Positions 41,713-51,640 of a stretch of 64,000 nt of DNA are shown here, in pieces. A program made the translations under genes and the position numbers. The stretch lies in contig CAXXGO010000001.1 in assembly GCA_963666835.2 (NCBI GenBank), positions 1,728,001 to 1,792,000 on the forward strand. The letters run 5' to 3'. A model generated the notes under the pieces. It made no database searches. It saw only the letters and a program-made list of their open reading frames with translations, and was not told the DNA's origin. How positions within the stretch are numbered: position 1 is the first letter of the stretch; every line of letters starts with the position of its first letter. The stretch comes from Phycisphaerae bacterium. Lineage in GTDB: Bacteria > Planctomycetota > Phycisphaerae > UBA1845.

Positions 41713-42155
41713 GTAGGGCACGGTCGAGGCACGAGACCTGCCGCGAAGGCGCGCGTCGCGCGGAGGTCTGGGAATGAGGGTGTAATCCGATCGCCGAATC
41801 TGTCGCCCGTTGGGCTTGCCGGTTGGCGCGGACCGTTCCCAGGGGCTCGCGCCCCTGGCTACACACCTTGGCCCCCTTCGGGGCAGGAGCTTTGATCATT
41901 CGCTGTACCCTCAATAAACAGGTGACTGTCCCGGGTTTTGTCGAGAACGCATCGCACAGCGACCGGGCTCGCAAACCCGTAGGGCACGGTCGAGGAACGA
42001 GACCTGCCACAACGGCGCGTTGCGCAGTGATCGCGGCAGGTCTCGTTCCTCGACCATGCCCTACAATGGTTGCGACTCGCTCGTGACGGATGGCGCCGGC
42101 CAAGCGGTGACGCAAGAGAGGTCGCGGCAGGTCTCGTTCCTCGACCATGCCCTAC
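41713..42155. repeat. Cluster of GTAG-type REP/REPIN elements
   Basis: REP copies at 41713-41742 (+), 41979-42008 (+), 42035-42064 (-), 42126-42155 (-); a different palindrome CCAGGGGC-TCGC-GCCCCTGG...GCCCCCTTCGGGGC at 41838-41884. Confidence 0.85.
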
Positions 42156-42244
42156 GGCTGCAAGAAACGAGAGAGGGCGTAAGAGACCCAGGTCGCGGCA
42201 TGCGCCCGGGGCTCCACGGCAACCGAGGAACAAATGGTCAAGAG

Positions 42245-43363
42245 CTAATGTGAGTCCAACACCAAGCGGAATCCGAACCGCTCATTCAGATAAACAGGCA
42301 AAGTGGCGTAGCGGCAGGCCGACCGGCACGCCGGCGCAAAATTGTTCCAGCTACCGCCGCGAAGAACTCGATCCTGTCCATTTGCTGGGCCGTGCGGGTT
42401 AACGTAAGGGGAAGCCTCGTAATATGAGGCGTTGTACCAGTCATTGCACCAATCATAGATATTGCCGGCCATGTCGCGCAGGCCGTAGCCGTTCGCTGGA
42501 AAATAGTCCACCGGATTGGTGTAGGCAAATGCTACCATATCGAATTCGGGATGAAAAGTGGCCGAATCTAAGCCGCTGTCGTCGTAGGGAGCCCAACCCG
42601 CGCACGCCACGTAATTCGCATGCGTGTGATTAATCAGGTCGCCCCACGGAAAACGCTGCTCTTCTTCGCCGCCTCGGGCAGCCTTCTCCCATTCCGCCTC
42701 GGTCGGTAATCGGTAGCCACTGCCGAAACTGCATTCCCACGTCGATAGATCGTAAGCCAGGGGCTTGCCCTCCATCCCGCTGCGCCAATTCGCGTACGCC
42801 ACGGCACCGTACCAAGTTACTGTTACCATGGGGTGATCCTCTCTACCGGGAACTACGCCGAACGCGTCTCCATCCCAGGTGATCTGGACGTGGTCGGAGC
42901 CGGATAGCGCGGAACAGTAAGGGTAGTCGGTCCCGCTGTTGGCCCTGAACACTCTGTGACCGATGACAGCAATGAGGTCGCCTTGATCATTGGCCCAGTT
43001 CAGGGCGTCGGCGTATTGCCGGTTGGTCACCTCACACCTGTCCATGTAGAAGGCGTTCACGTACACCGAGTGAACCGGCAGCTCGTCGGGTTCTGCTTCG
43101 TCAAACATACTACCCATCTCGAACTCCCCGGCGGGGATAAGAGCCATACCGACCGGGGGAGCGTCATAAACCAATTGGAACCGGGCAAAGTCGGCGAGAT
43201 CGACATCGGCGTCGCCGTCCATTTGGAACAGGGAACAGCCCGGTCCCAGCTCTCCGCCCGGACCGCCCATGCACTCCGGGAACCGCGAAAAATCGAACTG
43301 AGCGAAACCGGTGCCGGCACACAACAACACCAACATAACCGACATGATCGGACTGTTACGCAT
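42245..43363 (-). CDS. Secreted FGE-sulfatase (SUMF1)-domain protein with EF-hand/dockerin-like motif
   Basis: Signal peptide, DGDADVDLADF, FEMGS, RLPTEAEWEKAARGG, GLRDMAGN, RGGSW, GFRL. Confidence 0.9.
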   Translation of the reverse strand: MRNSPIMSVMLVLLCAGTGFAQFDFSRFPECMGGPGGELGPGCSLFQMDGDADVDLADFARFQLVYDAPPVGMALIPAGEFEMGSMFDEAEPDELPVHSVYVNAFYMDRCEVTNRQYADALNWANDQGDLIAVIGHRVFRANSGTDYPYCSALSGSDHVQITWDGDAFGVVPGREDHPMVTVTWYGAVAYANWRSGMEGKPLAYDLSTWECSFGSGYRLPTEAEWEKAARGGEEEQRFPWGDLINHTHANYVACAGWAPYDDSGLDSATFHPEFDMVAFAYTNPVDYFPANGYGLRDMAGNIYDWCNDWYNASYYEASPYVNPHGPANGQDRVLRGGSWNNFAPACRSACRYATLPVYLNERFGFRLVLDSH

Positions 43364-43669
43364 GGGACTCGCTCCTTGCTCTACTCTGGATTCAATGCCG
43401 TTTCCTAAGGGGTAGTCGCGTCACGTCCTCCCCTCCTTCGCCAATGCCGAAGATCCCGGCGCGCCGAGAAGGGTTCCCGAGAGGCTCTTCTCCGTCGGAA
43501 TACACCCCCCGGTTCCCCTTGGTAGGGGGGAGGACCTTCGATGACCGGCACGGCCTGCGCGCGTCGTCTCTCCGGTGTTCAGCAGGACGGATTCCGAGCA
43601 TGAGTGGTACCCCGTATTCCACATGACTCATGTTATTGGAACGAAGGCAAGAAGTCAAGGAATTCCATT

Positions 43670-43773
43670 GAGAACGCATCGCACGGCGACCGGGCTCGCA
43701 AACCCGTAGGGCACGGTCGAGGTACGAGACCTGCCACAACGGCGCGTCGCGCAGTGATCGCGGCAGGTCTCGT
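43670..43773 (+). repeat. 104-bp direct repeat of 41943-42046 (REPIN-containing)
   Basis: Aligns with 41943-42046 with 3 mismatches. Confidence 0.9.
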
Positions 43774-43816
43774 GCCGGGACCTGGTCTACGGGAGATGCC
43801 ATCCGGCAGCCGCGGG

Positions 43817-44965
43817 TTACGCTGCGGGGGCCGACCGCGGGTGCGTCAGACGCGCCAGGGCCGCCAGCAGAGTCTCGACGCACAGTTGTGCGTTCGCGTT
43901 AAGATCGAGCTGGCGTTCCGCCGAGACTATTCGGCTGATGGCCTCGACTGCGCGGGCGGGCGGAACGGCTTGGGCGGCCGTGTCGACCTGGGCGACGGAA
44001 TCGGCGTTGACTATGGCAGTTGGTTCACCGCTGCGGTGGCGGAGTATGTCCGCGTACCAGGTGGCCGCGAGCTGGAAGATTGCTTTGAAGCCGCGTCGCG
44101 CCGCCTCGGTGTCCGTAATGTCGGCGTCGCGCTTCCGGTACAGCCCACCCAGCGCTTTTGATTCATCGGTCCACAACTGGGCTGCGTCGGTGCTACGCGT
44201 TTTCCCAAGCGCAACGAGATTCTGCACTACGCGCTGATTCAGGTCGTACCAGCCGTCGTCGGCCCGTTCCACAGCCTGGCCGAGACTGCCATCGGCGCAA
44301 CGGGCGTACCAATCAGCCTGCTCCGACGGCAGGTCGGGCCGGAGTTCGGTGAGTTTCCTGCGCACGAAGTCGCGAGGCAGCGCGTCGAAGCGCACGAGCT
44401 GGCAGCGCGAGAGGGTGGTAGGAAGAAGGCGTTCCAGCGCTCCGACCAGCAAGATGATTACGCTGGCGCCTGGAGGTTCCTCCAAGGTCTTGAGCAAGGC
44501 GTTCTGGGCAGCCGTGGTAATGCGATCCGCTTCGCGAATGATGAAGATCTTCGCATTGCCCCGGCTCGGCGTCAGGCCGATCGTATCGATCACGAAATGC
44601 CGCAGGATATCGACTCCGATTTCCAGTCCTTTTCGACTGCGGACCGCCGGGTTCGGATGAGACCGGTTCAACTGGCGGTAGACCAAGTGCAGATCCGGGT
44701 GGGTAAGCGCCTTAACGGTTTGGCAATCCTCACAGGTTCCGCATCCGGCCCGGAGTGTGTCGAGCCCGATGTGTGTGTCGGGCGCGGGTTGGCACTCGCG
44801 GGCAGAGCTGCAAAGCAGCACCTGGGCGAAACCGCGGGCCAACGCCTCTTTTCCCACGCCCTCGGGACCGTGAAATATGTAGGCGTGAGACACGCGGTCC
44901 TGGGACAGCGCGCGTTGGATCGATACTTGGGCGTGTTGTTGGTACTCGACCTCAAGCAAAGACAC
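43817..44965 (-). CDS. holB: DNA polymerase III delta' subunit
   Basis: HAYIFHGPEGVGK, CGTCEDC..HPD, AQNALLKTLEEPP, TTLSRC. Confidence 0.92.
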   Translation of the reverse strand: MSLLEVEYQQHAQVSIQRALSQDRVSHAYIFHGPEGVGKEALARGFAQVLLCSSARECQPAPDTHIGLDTLRAGCGTCEDCQTVKALTHPDLHLVYRQLNRSHPNPAVRSRKGLEIGVDILRHFVIDTIGLTPSRGNAKIFIIREADRITTAAQNALLKTLEEPPGASVIILLVGALERLLPTTLSRCQLVRFDALPRDFVRRKLTELRPDLPSEQADWYARCADGSLGQAVERADDGWYDLNQRVVQNLVALGKTRSTDAAQLWTDESKALGGLYRKRDADITDTEAARRGFKAIFQLAATWYADILRHRSGEPTAIVNADSVAQVDTAAQAVPPARAVEAISRIVSAERQLDLNANAQLCVETLLAALARLTHPRSAPAA

Positions 44966-45659
44966 GTGACAGTTCCTCGACGATTCGTTGGTGAATAGCG
45001 TCCTTGTCGTCGCGACCGTCAACAATCAGGGCCGGACCGGGGTAGTAATCGGGTAGGTCAAGGAACATCTGTCGGACACGCCGGTGATAGTCAATCGAGC
45101 GGGCTTCCATGGCGTCGGGTCCGGCGTCATCGAACAGGGTCTGTTGCCCGTCGTCTTTCCGGTTCTTGCCGGCGTGGTGCGGCTTGCGCCCAATGCGCCC
45201 GAAGCCCTCGTCGGCGCCAACGTCGAGAATCACCGTGGCATCGGGCCAGCAGTCGCCGATGGCGAACCGGGCGAGTTCGAGCACCCGGGTCGGATCCAGC
45301 CCCGCAGCCCCTTGATACGCACAGGTCGAGGAGACGAACCGATCGCAAAGCACAATTGTCCCCGCCTCCAAAGCCGGACGCACGACCTGCGCAATAAGCT
45401 GAGCACGCGATGCCATGAACAGAAGGGCCTCGCAATTAACGTCCATCGCACTCAGGTCGAAATCGAGCAGCACAGACCGGATTCGGTTGCCGATCTCGGT
45501 TCCTCCGGGATCCCGGCAGGAGACGGTTTCCGCGCCGGCGCGACGAAGAGCGGCCTCGAACATCTCTCGCTGTGTTGACTTCCCCGCTCCGTCCGGGCCG
45601 TCGAAGACAAGGAAACGCCCGCGGAGCTTCTCGACGAGGGCAGTTACGTCCGTGTTCAC
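44952..45659 (-). CDS. tmk: Thymidylate kinase
   Basis: FDGPDGAGKST, RDPGG, CDRFVSST.AYQG. Confidence 0.95.
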   Translation of the reverse strand: MNTDVTALVEKLRGRFLVFDGPDGAGKSTQREMFEAALRRAGAETVSCRDPGGTEIGNRIRSVLLDFDLSAMDVNCEALLFMASRAQLIAQVVRPALEAGTIVLCDRFVSSTCAYQGAAGLDPTRVLELARFAIGDCWPDATVILDVGADEGFGRIGRKPHHAGKNRKDDGQQTLFDDAGPDAMEARSIDYHRRVRQMFLDLPDYYPGPALIVDGRDDKDAIHQRIVEELSRVFA

Positions 45660-45690
45660 GGTTTCGTTCGTTCCGATAATTCTGATTCGA

Positions 45691-46608
45691 CTAAGCGCGC
45701 CTCTCTTGCGCGATCCGGCGGCGACTTTCCTGGAAGACCTCGAGGGCATTATAGCTCGATCGCACGAACGGTCCCGAGGCTACGCCGAGGAACCCCAGGT
45801 TTCTGGCGAGCTCGGCCAGACTCTCGAACTCCTCCGGCCTGTAGTAGCGATCGACCGCCGCGTGCCCATTCAGAGTCGGAGCTAAGTACTGACCGATGGT
45901 CACCACCTCGCACCCGACACCGCGGAGATCTTCGAGCGTGCGATGAAGCTCATCAACCGTCTCCCCCAAGCCTACCATCAGTCCGGACTTGGTGATAATC
46001 GTAGGGGCGATTTCCTTGACCCGGTGAAGGACGTCGAGCGAGCGGCGGTAGCCGGCTTGCGGCCGGAGAGCGGGGCTCAGCCATTCCACCATCTCGAGGT
46101 TGTGGTTATACAACTCAGGCTTGGCGTCGCAGAGCGTTGCGATGCAATCCGGCCTGGCGTGAAAGTCGGCAGGTAGCACCTCGATTGACGTGTCCGGGCA
46201 TTGCCGGCGCACGGCGGTAACGCATTGTGCGAAATGTCCGGATCCTTCGTCTTCCAGATCATCACGGGCGACGGCCGTGAGCACCACATGACGCAGCTCG
46301 AGTTCGGCGACGGCTTGGGCGACGCGATGTGGTTCGTCTGCCTTAGGCGGCAGGGGCCGACCCGTATCAACGGCACAGAAGCGGCAGCCGCGCGTACAAG
46401 TCTTGCCCAGGATCATGAACGTCGCGTTACGCGCCGACCAGCACTCGGATCGGTTCGGGCAACGGGCTTCGTGGCACACCGTGGCCACGCCGCTACGAGC
46501 GACCACGGCCTTGGTATGGGCGAACCGCCCGGACGGCGGCGGCCTTTTCAGCCAAGGGGGCAAACGGCGGGACAACGCTGAGTCACTGATGCGGGCGGAA
46601 GAACCCAT
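45691..46608 (-). CDS. lipA: Lipoyl synthase
   Basis: CHEARCPNRSEC, CTRGCRFC, GPFVRSSY. Confidence 0.97.
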   Translation of the reverse strand: MGSSARISDSALSRRLPPWLKRPPPSGRFAHTKAVVARSGVATVCHEARCPNRSECWSARNATFMILGKTCTRGCRFCAVDTGRPLPPKADEPHRVAQAVAELELRHVVLTAVARDDLEDEGSGHFAQCVTAVRRQCPDTSIEVLPADFHARPDCIATLCDAKPELYNHNLEMVEWLSPALRPQAGYRRSLDVLHRVKEIAPTIITKSGLMVGLGETVDELHRTLEDLRGVGCEVVTIGQYLAPTLNGHAAVDRYYRPEEFESLAELARNLGFLGVASGPFVRSSYNALEVFQESRRRIAQERRA

Positions 46609-46795
46609 TCAAAACCGCTCTTTATTGTCCTGATTGCTGGTTTCCGAGCGTCGTTAGGTTAGGCGGACGCTTTTAATGAGGGAATCATACATCAAAACAC
46701 CGCCTTCGACACCCGTGGGGATTGACGTCTGCGGCTGATTGTGTTAACGTACTGCCGTACAAACAGCGTTCCTAACTAGTAGGACGACCTGTGCC

Positions 46796-47269
46796 ATGTC
46801 AATCGACATTAAGAGGATCTTGTATCCGACCGATTTTTCGGAGCTTGCCCAAGGAGCATTGGGTCACGCGCTAGGGTTGGCCGATTCGTTTGGCGCGCAA
46901 TTGCACTGCATCCACGTAGTTGACGAAGCGTATCAGTATTGGAGTGCGATGGGGCCGGAGAGCATACCCGTCGGGCCGCCGCCCGAGGATATGATCGATC
47001 TGGCCCGCAAACGGTTGGAGAGGTTCCGGGCTGACCACTTGCAGAGTCTCAAGGATGAACCGGTTTTGCACGTTGCGTTCGGACGGCCGTTCTCGGAGAT
47101 AATCGGCTATTCCCGGGCAAACCACGTCGACCTGATTGTGATGGCTACCCATGGCCGCGGGGCCTTCGCGCACATGCTACTCGGCAGTACGACGGAGAAG
47201 GTCGTTCGCAAAGCGGCTTGTGCGGTGCTTACGGTTCGATCCGGGAGTCAGAAGTTCATTATGCCATGA
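46796..47269 (+). CDS. Universal stress protein
   Basis: ILYPTDFS, DLIVMATHGR, LLGSTTEKVVR. Confidence 0.93.
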   Translation: MSIDIKRILYPTDFSELAQGALGHALGLADSFGAQLHCIHVVDEAYQYWSAMGPESIPVGPPPEDMIDLARKRLERFRADHLQSLKDEPVLHVAFGRPFSEIIGYSRANHVDLIVMATHGRGAFAHMLLGSTTEKVVRKAACAVLTVRSGSQKFIMP

Positions 47270-47322
47270 TCGGCCCGCTGGTTGGCGGGATGAGGTTTTA
47301 AAGCTGATCTGTGGGGTGGATT

Positions 47323-48063
47323 ATGCAGTTACGAAAGTCCAACACGGGGCCTTTGGACCTTGAGACCCAGGTTCGTCAGAAGACCGGTGTGGCTGCCTGG
47401 GCGGCGGCGTTGTTGATTTTCTTCGGGTTCTTCTGGTTTGAGGTTGTAGAAGGCGGTGGTTGGGCCGCAGGTCTCTTCGTTTACACGCTCCGCCTCGGCG
47501 GGCTGGCGATGGTCGGGGTGGCAGTGTGCCTGGCCTTGGGGCAGCCGATAGCGCTGGTGGCCGATGCCGTCGTGTCGATACTCATCGGTGTCATCGTGAT
47601 TGTCACGAGCGTTCTTATGGTGGTCTTCGGGGGGTGGGCATGGCCGAGCCTGATCCAGGCCCTGATCAATATTGCGTGTGGTTCAACCCTGGCGTCTTCG
47701 GGTCTGGCGTGCTGGTATTACTATCGTGCTCTCGAACGCGCCCGTGCCTGCAACGGCTTAGTCTCTGCTGACCTTACGGCCTTCGAGGAGTTGGGCCGAG
47801 GCGCGGATATGGGTGGAGTTCTGGCCGAATCCGGCATTGCCGACGGGGTCGAGGATTGCTCCGATTCTGGTGCGCTGCCGGAGCCTATCGGCCTGCCGCC
47901 CGTCGCGCGTCGCCGTTCTCGGTTCAGTGCTACCGATGATGCCCCGCTGGAGCTCGATGGGCTTTCCCCGGGAGGGTCAAAGGGCGGATCCGCCAAGAAG
48001 GGTCAGCAGGACAGCTACCTGGCTGAGCTGGCTCGGCGAGAGCAATCGAAGGGAGACGTCTGA
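47323..48063 (+). CDS. Hypothetical membrane protein
   Basis: Four TM segments and a disordered C-terminus. Confidence 0.6.
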   Translation: MQLRKSNTGPLDLETQVRQKTGVAAWAAALLIFFGFFWFEVVEGGGWAAGLFVYTLRLGGLAMVGVAVCLALGQPIALVADAVVSILIGVIVIVTSVLMVVFGGWAWPSLIQALINIACGSTLASSGLACWYYYRALERARACNGLVSADLTAFEELGRGADMGGVLAESGIADGVEDCSDSGALPEPIGLPPVARRRSRFSATDDAPLELDGLSPGGSKGGSAKKGQQDSYLAELARREQSKGDV

Positions 48064-48677
48064 CACTGCCCCGTCGGCTTGACCGTGGAATAAGGGGAGG
48101 CGGGTTGTCACCCGTCGGCGACCGCGGTCCTCAACCAACACACCTTGGGGGTTCTCGGAGCTTCTGCTGCACATGATTCGCATCGAGAAACGGCGCATTC
48201 TGCTGCGTGTTATAGGACGTAATCGCGGGGTGGCTCGGGCGCTCTTTGGTGGAGGACGTCGATGCGATACCCCGGACGTTAATAATTGACCGGACACGAA
48301 CCGATCCGTATACTTGAGCGAGCGGTAGTGAGGGTTGAGTACTAGGCGCTGCAATCATACGAATATCTTAATCTTGATACTTGCGCTGGCTTGGCTGCTA
48401 TCATTGACGATAACCTGATACTTCTGTCGATCGTCGTCCCCCCCCCTTTACCGCCGTTGACCGTTTTGTGCGCGGGCTCGCCGTTTGGGCGGTTTTGAAA
48501 GTCCGCGGCCCGTTCGGTTTGTGAGTAATGAGCCGTTCTTAGGGGCGGTTCGGCTTAGGCTGGTGAGGCAGCAACCCAGGTTGCCTCGCGGTCGGGCTTT
48601 TGGTCTGCGGGGATTGTGAGGTCTGCGGGGGCTAGCGGGGTCCCGGAAGCGGATTCCGCGCAAGATGGTGGCAGCCG

Positions 48678-49646
48678 ATGTCAATCGACATTCCGAATTA
48701 CCGCGTCGTTGAGAAGCTCGGGGAAGGGGCTCAAAGCCACATCTATCGGGCTCGTTGTATGCGCACCGGTAAGGACTACGCGGTGAAGGTCGTCAAGATT
48801 CGCCGGCCTGAGGATACGAGCTTCGTCGACCTGCTCCGGTCGGAGCATGTGATTGGTTCCTCGATCAATCACCCGGTGATCCGTCAGGTCTACGAGTTGA
48901 GGATCATGCGCCATCGGCTGCGCCTGCGCGGCGCCATTCTGTTCATGGAGTACGTCCACGGGATCCCGATGTCGGCCCGCGAGTTCAACCGGTCTCTCGT
49001 GGATGTCCTGGGCTTCTTCCGTGAGGTTGCGCAGGGTCTGCATGCTATGCACCTGGCTGGGTTTGTACACGCCGATTTAAAGCCTAACAACATCCTGGTT
49101 ACTGGGGAACAGAAGGTGAAGCTGATCGATCTCGGGCAGAGTTCCAAGATCCGTGAGGCCAAGCCACGCGTCCAGGGCACGATTGATTACATGGCTCCAG
49201 AGCAGGCTCAGCGCGGCATTCTCGATCAGCGGACCGATGTGTTCGGGCTGGGGGCGGCGCTTCATCGGGTAGTGACGGGGGAATGTGTGGCGACGGAGAT
49301 GAACCAGACCGTCACGCTCCATTCTCAGAGTCTTGTCGGCAAGCGTATTGCCAATGCCTCCGAGAAGAAGGCCGTGGAACTTCCTCCGGGGGTCGCGCGC
49401 CTGATCTCCGACTGTTGCCAAGCCAACCCGGACGGCCGGATTTCCGACATGCCAACCCTGATCGAGCGCATCAGCATGGTCCAGGCGATTCTCATCAAGC
49501 AGGGTCTGGGCGGTGGGGTTGCGGCTGAGTCCCCTATGCCGGCGTCGGTGGACAAAGGCGGGGGCGCTGATGGCGGAAGCCTCAAGGATGCAATCGACGC
49601 CGACCTTGATCTGCTGGATTCCGATGGACCGACCACCGAAGCCTGA
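48678..49646 (+). CDS. Serine/threonine protein kinase
   Basis: LGEGA, AVK, HADLKPNN, IDLG, GTIDYMAPEQ, DVFGLG. Confidence 0.92.
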   Translation: MSIDIPNYRVVEKLGEGAQSHIYRARCMRTGKDYAVKVVKIRRPEDTSFVDLLRSEHVIGSSINHPVIRQVYELRIMRHRLRLRGAILFMEYVHGIPMSAREFNRSLVDVLGFFREVAQGLHAMHLAGFVHADLKPNNILVTGEQKVKLIDLGQSSKIREAKPRVQGTIDYMAPEQAQRGILDQRTDVFGLGAALHRVVTGECVATEMNQTVTLHSQSLVGKRIANASEKKAVELPPGVARLISDCCQANPDGRISDMPTLIERISMVQAILIKQGLGGGVAAESPMPASVDKGGGADGGSLKDAIDADLDLLDSDGPTTEA

Positions 49647-50068
49647 ACCGCACGGCAGTCTCAGCCATTGCGAAACCGCGCGCTTAGCGGTCACGGTAGC
49701 CGGCGCGCCGCTCGGATTGGATTTCTCCGCTAGGTAGAAGTTACCCTGCGCCGGCGCGTGACCTCCCACGCCACCCCGACTAACATGGTCCCATTCCGGT
49801 TGGGTAAGGATGTCGATCGTTGATCGGTTTCGATCACCGGCTCGCGCGATTGCCGTTTCTGGGATAACGACAGGTGTGGTCCGGCATGGGTCCGGGTGCG
49901 GTTCCCGTTTGTTTCGGCGGCGTATCGGCGAAGAGGTGGGTGTCATCTGGTCTCTGGGCCGGGTCGTGGCTACTGGTTTTGTTGCTGCTGAAGGGCGCTC
50001 CTCTACCACCGGGATAGTCGCGGTGTAGGAGTGAGCGACCGGGCGTGGCAGAAAGTCTGGAGTAACTC

Positions 50069-51253
50069 ATGTTGAAGAACGTGTACCTAGCTGGTGGGAT
50101 GCGGACGCCGTTCGGCACGATGAACGGCGCCCTGGCAAGTTGTACGGCGGCCGAACTGGGAAGTGTGGCGATTCGGGCGGCGCTCAAGCGAGCGGGCGTC
50201 GAAGGCAAGGATGCAGACCACGTTCATTTCGGGAACGTCATCGGAGCGGGGCTTGGGCAGAACATCGCGCGGCAGGCGTCCATCGGCGCGGGAGTGCCCA
50301 AGGATGTTGGCGCCATCACGATCAACAAGGTGTGTGGCTCCGCGATGCGGGCGGTGATTATGGCCTCTCAGACCATTCAGTGCGGCGACGCCGGGCTCAT
50401 CATCTGCGGCGGTTGCGAGAGCATGACCAACGCGCCGTACATGCTTCCGAAGGCCCGGGCCGGGTACCGGATGGGGCACGGCAAGCTCGTCGATGCGATG
50501 ATCAACGACGGGCTCTGGGACGTGTATACGGACAAGCACATGGGAACCTGCGGCCATCAGTGCGCCGCTGAATACGGTTTCACTCGCGAAGCCCAGGACG
50601 ACTACGCCATTGAGAGTTTTTCACGAGCGATCAAGGCCTGGAAGGATGGGTTCTTCGATGGGGAAATAGTACCGGTCGAGATCAAGTCGCGTAAGGGTAC
50701 GACCGTATTCGATCGTGACGAGAACCCCGACAAGTTCAGGGGAGCGGAGAAACTTCGGAGTCTGCCGCCGGCGTTCGGAGAGGGTACGACGGTTACGGCT
50801 GGGAACGCCTCGGGCATCAACGACGGAGCCGCGGCCGTGCTCGTGTTCGACGATGAGAAGAAGGACGCTCTGGGGATCAAGCCGGACGCTCGGATTATCG
50901 GTTACGCCAACGCCGCAACCGATCCGGACTGGTTTACCATTGCCCCGGTCGAGGCGGTGCAGAAGCTCTGCGACAAGATCAACGTGAAACCGAGCGATGT
51001 GGACATATACGAGATCAACGAGGCCTTTGCGGTGGTTGCTATGGTGGCGATCAAGCAGCTCAACCTCGATCATTCCACGGTAAATGTCGCCGGCGGAGCG
51101 GTAGCGGTGGGGCACCCGCTGGGGGCAACCGGAGGGCGGATCATCAACACGCTCGTTCGAGCCCTGCATCGCAACAAGAAGAAACTGGGGATCGCCACGC
51201 TCTGCTTGGGCGGCGGCGAGGCGGATGCCATCGCCATTGAGCGATGTGACTAA
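50069..51253 (+). CDS. Acetyl-CoA C-acetyltransferase (thiolase)
   Basis: NKVCGS, NEAFA, GHPLGATG, LCLGGG. Confidence 0.96.
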   Translation: MLKNVYLAGGMRTPFGTMNGALASCTAAELGSVAIRAALKRAGVEGKDADHVHFGNVIGAGLGQNIARQASIGAGVPKDVGAITINKVCGSAMRAVIMASQTIQCGDAGLIICGGCESMTNAPYMLPKARAGYRMGHGKLVDAMINDGLWDVYTDKHMGTCGHQCAAEYGFTREAQDDYAIESFSRAIKAWKDGFFDGEIVPVEIKSRKGTTVFDRDENPDKFRGAEKLRSLPPAFGEGTTVTAGNASGINDGAAAVLVFDDEKKDALGIKPDARIIGYANAATDPDWFTIAPVEAVQKLCDKINVKPSDVDIYEINEAFAVVAMVAIKQLNLDHSTVNVAGGAVAVGHPLGATGGRIINTLVRALHRNKKKLGIATLCLGGGEADAIAIERCD

Positions 51254-51272
51254 CAACTGGCACAAGCGTACG

Positions 51273-51297
51273 CGCCGGGGAGACTCACTCCCCGGCG
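51273..51297 (+). terminator. Hairpin downstream of thiolase
   Basis: CGCCGGGGAG-ACTCA-CTCCCCGGCG. Confidence 0.55.
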
Positions 51298-51305
51298 TTG
51301 TGCGC

Positions 51306-51405
51306 AAAAAAGAAGCCTCGACAGTGCTCGTAGCGCCGAGTCAATGCGAGGCTTCCCCCGTATAGCAGTCTCGAGAGTTAACTCAAGACTAGGCCCAACG
51401 GCCTT
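51306..51405 (-). ncRNA. Candidate ~100-nt small RNA
   Basis: Sigma70-type promoter upstream, three hairpins and a U6 tail; no convincing ORF. Confidence 0.6.
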
Positions 51406-51411
51406 ATATCT

Positions 51412-51440
51412 AGTATGCGCCATAGGGCTCTTGGAAGCAA
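51412..51440 (-). promoter_or_regulatory. Sigma70-type promoter TTGCTT-N17-CATACT
   Basis: -35 at 51440-51435 and -10 at 51417-51412 with a 17-bp spacer. Confidence 0.6.
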
Positions 51441-51640
51441 GGAAAAAACTCAGTTCTTTGCCACTTGCCGAGAGACAATTGGCGTACTTTCTCTCCGGTT
51501 TGGTTCAGGTTTTCCAAGGCGGTGGGACCCGCTGTTGGTAACCTGTTGGGCACAGGGGCCTTACGTTTACGGGTATCGCAGCCGCTTCTGCCGGAAGGCC
51601 CCGCGCGGAGCCGGCGATCCCCCGCCTGACGGAGCGAGCT

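Noticed and set aside
42245..42400. DGR variable region in the FGE/CLec C-terminus
   Set aside because: No template repeat or reverse transcriptase was seen in the window.
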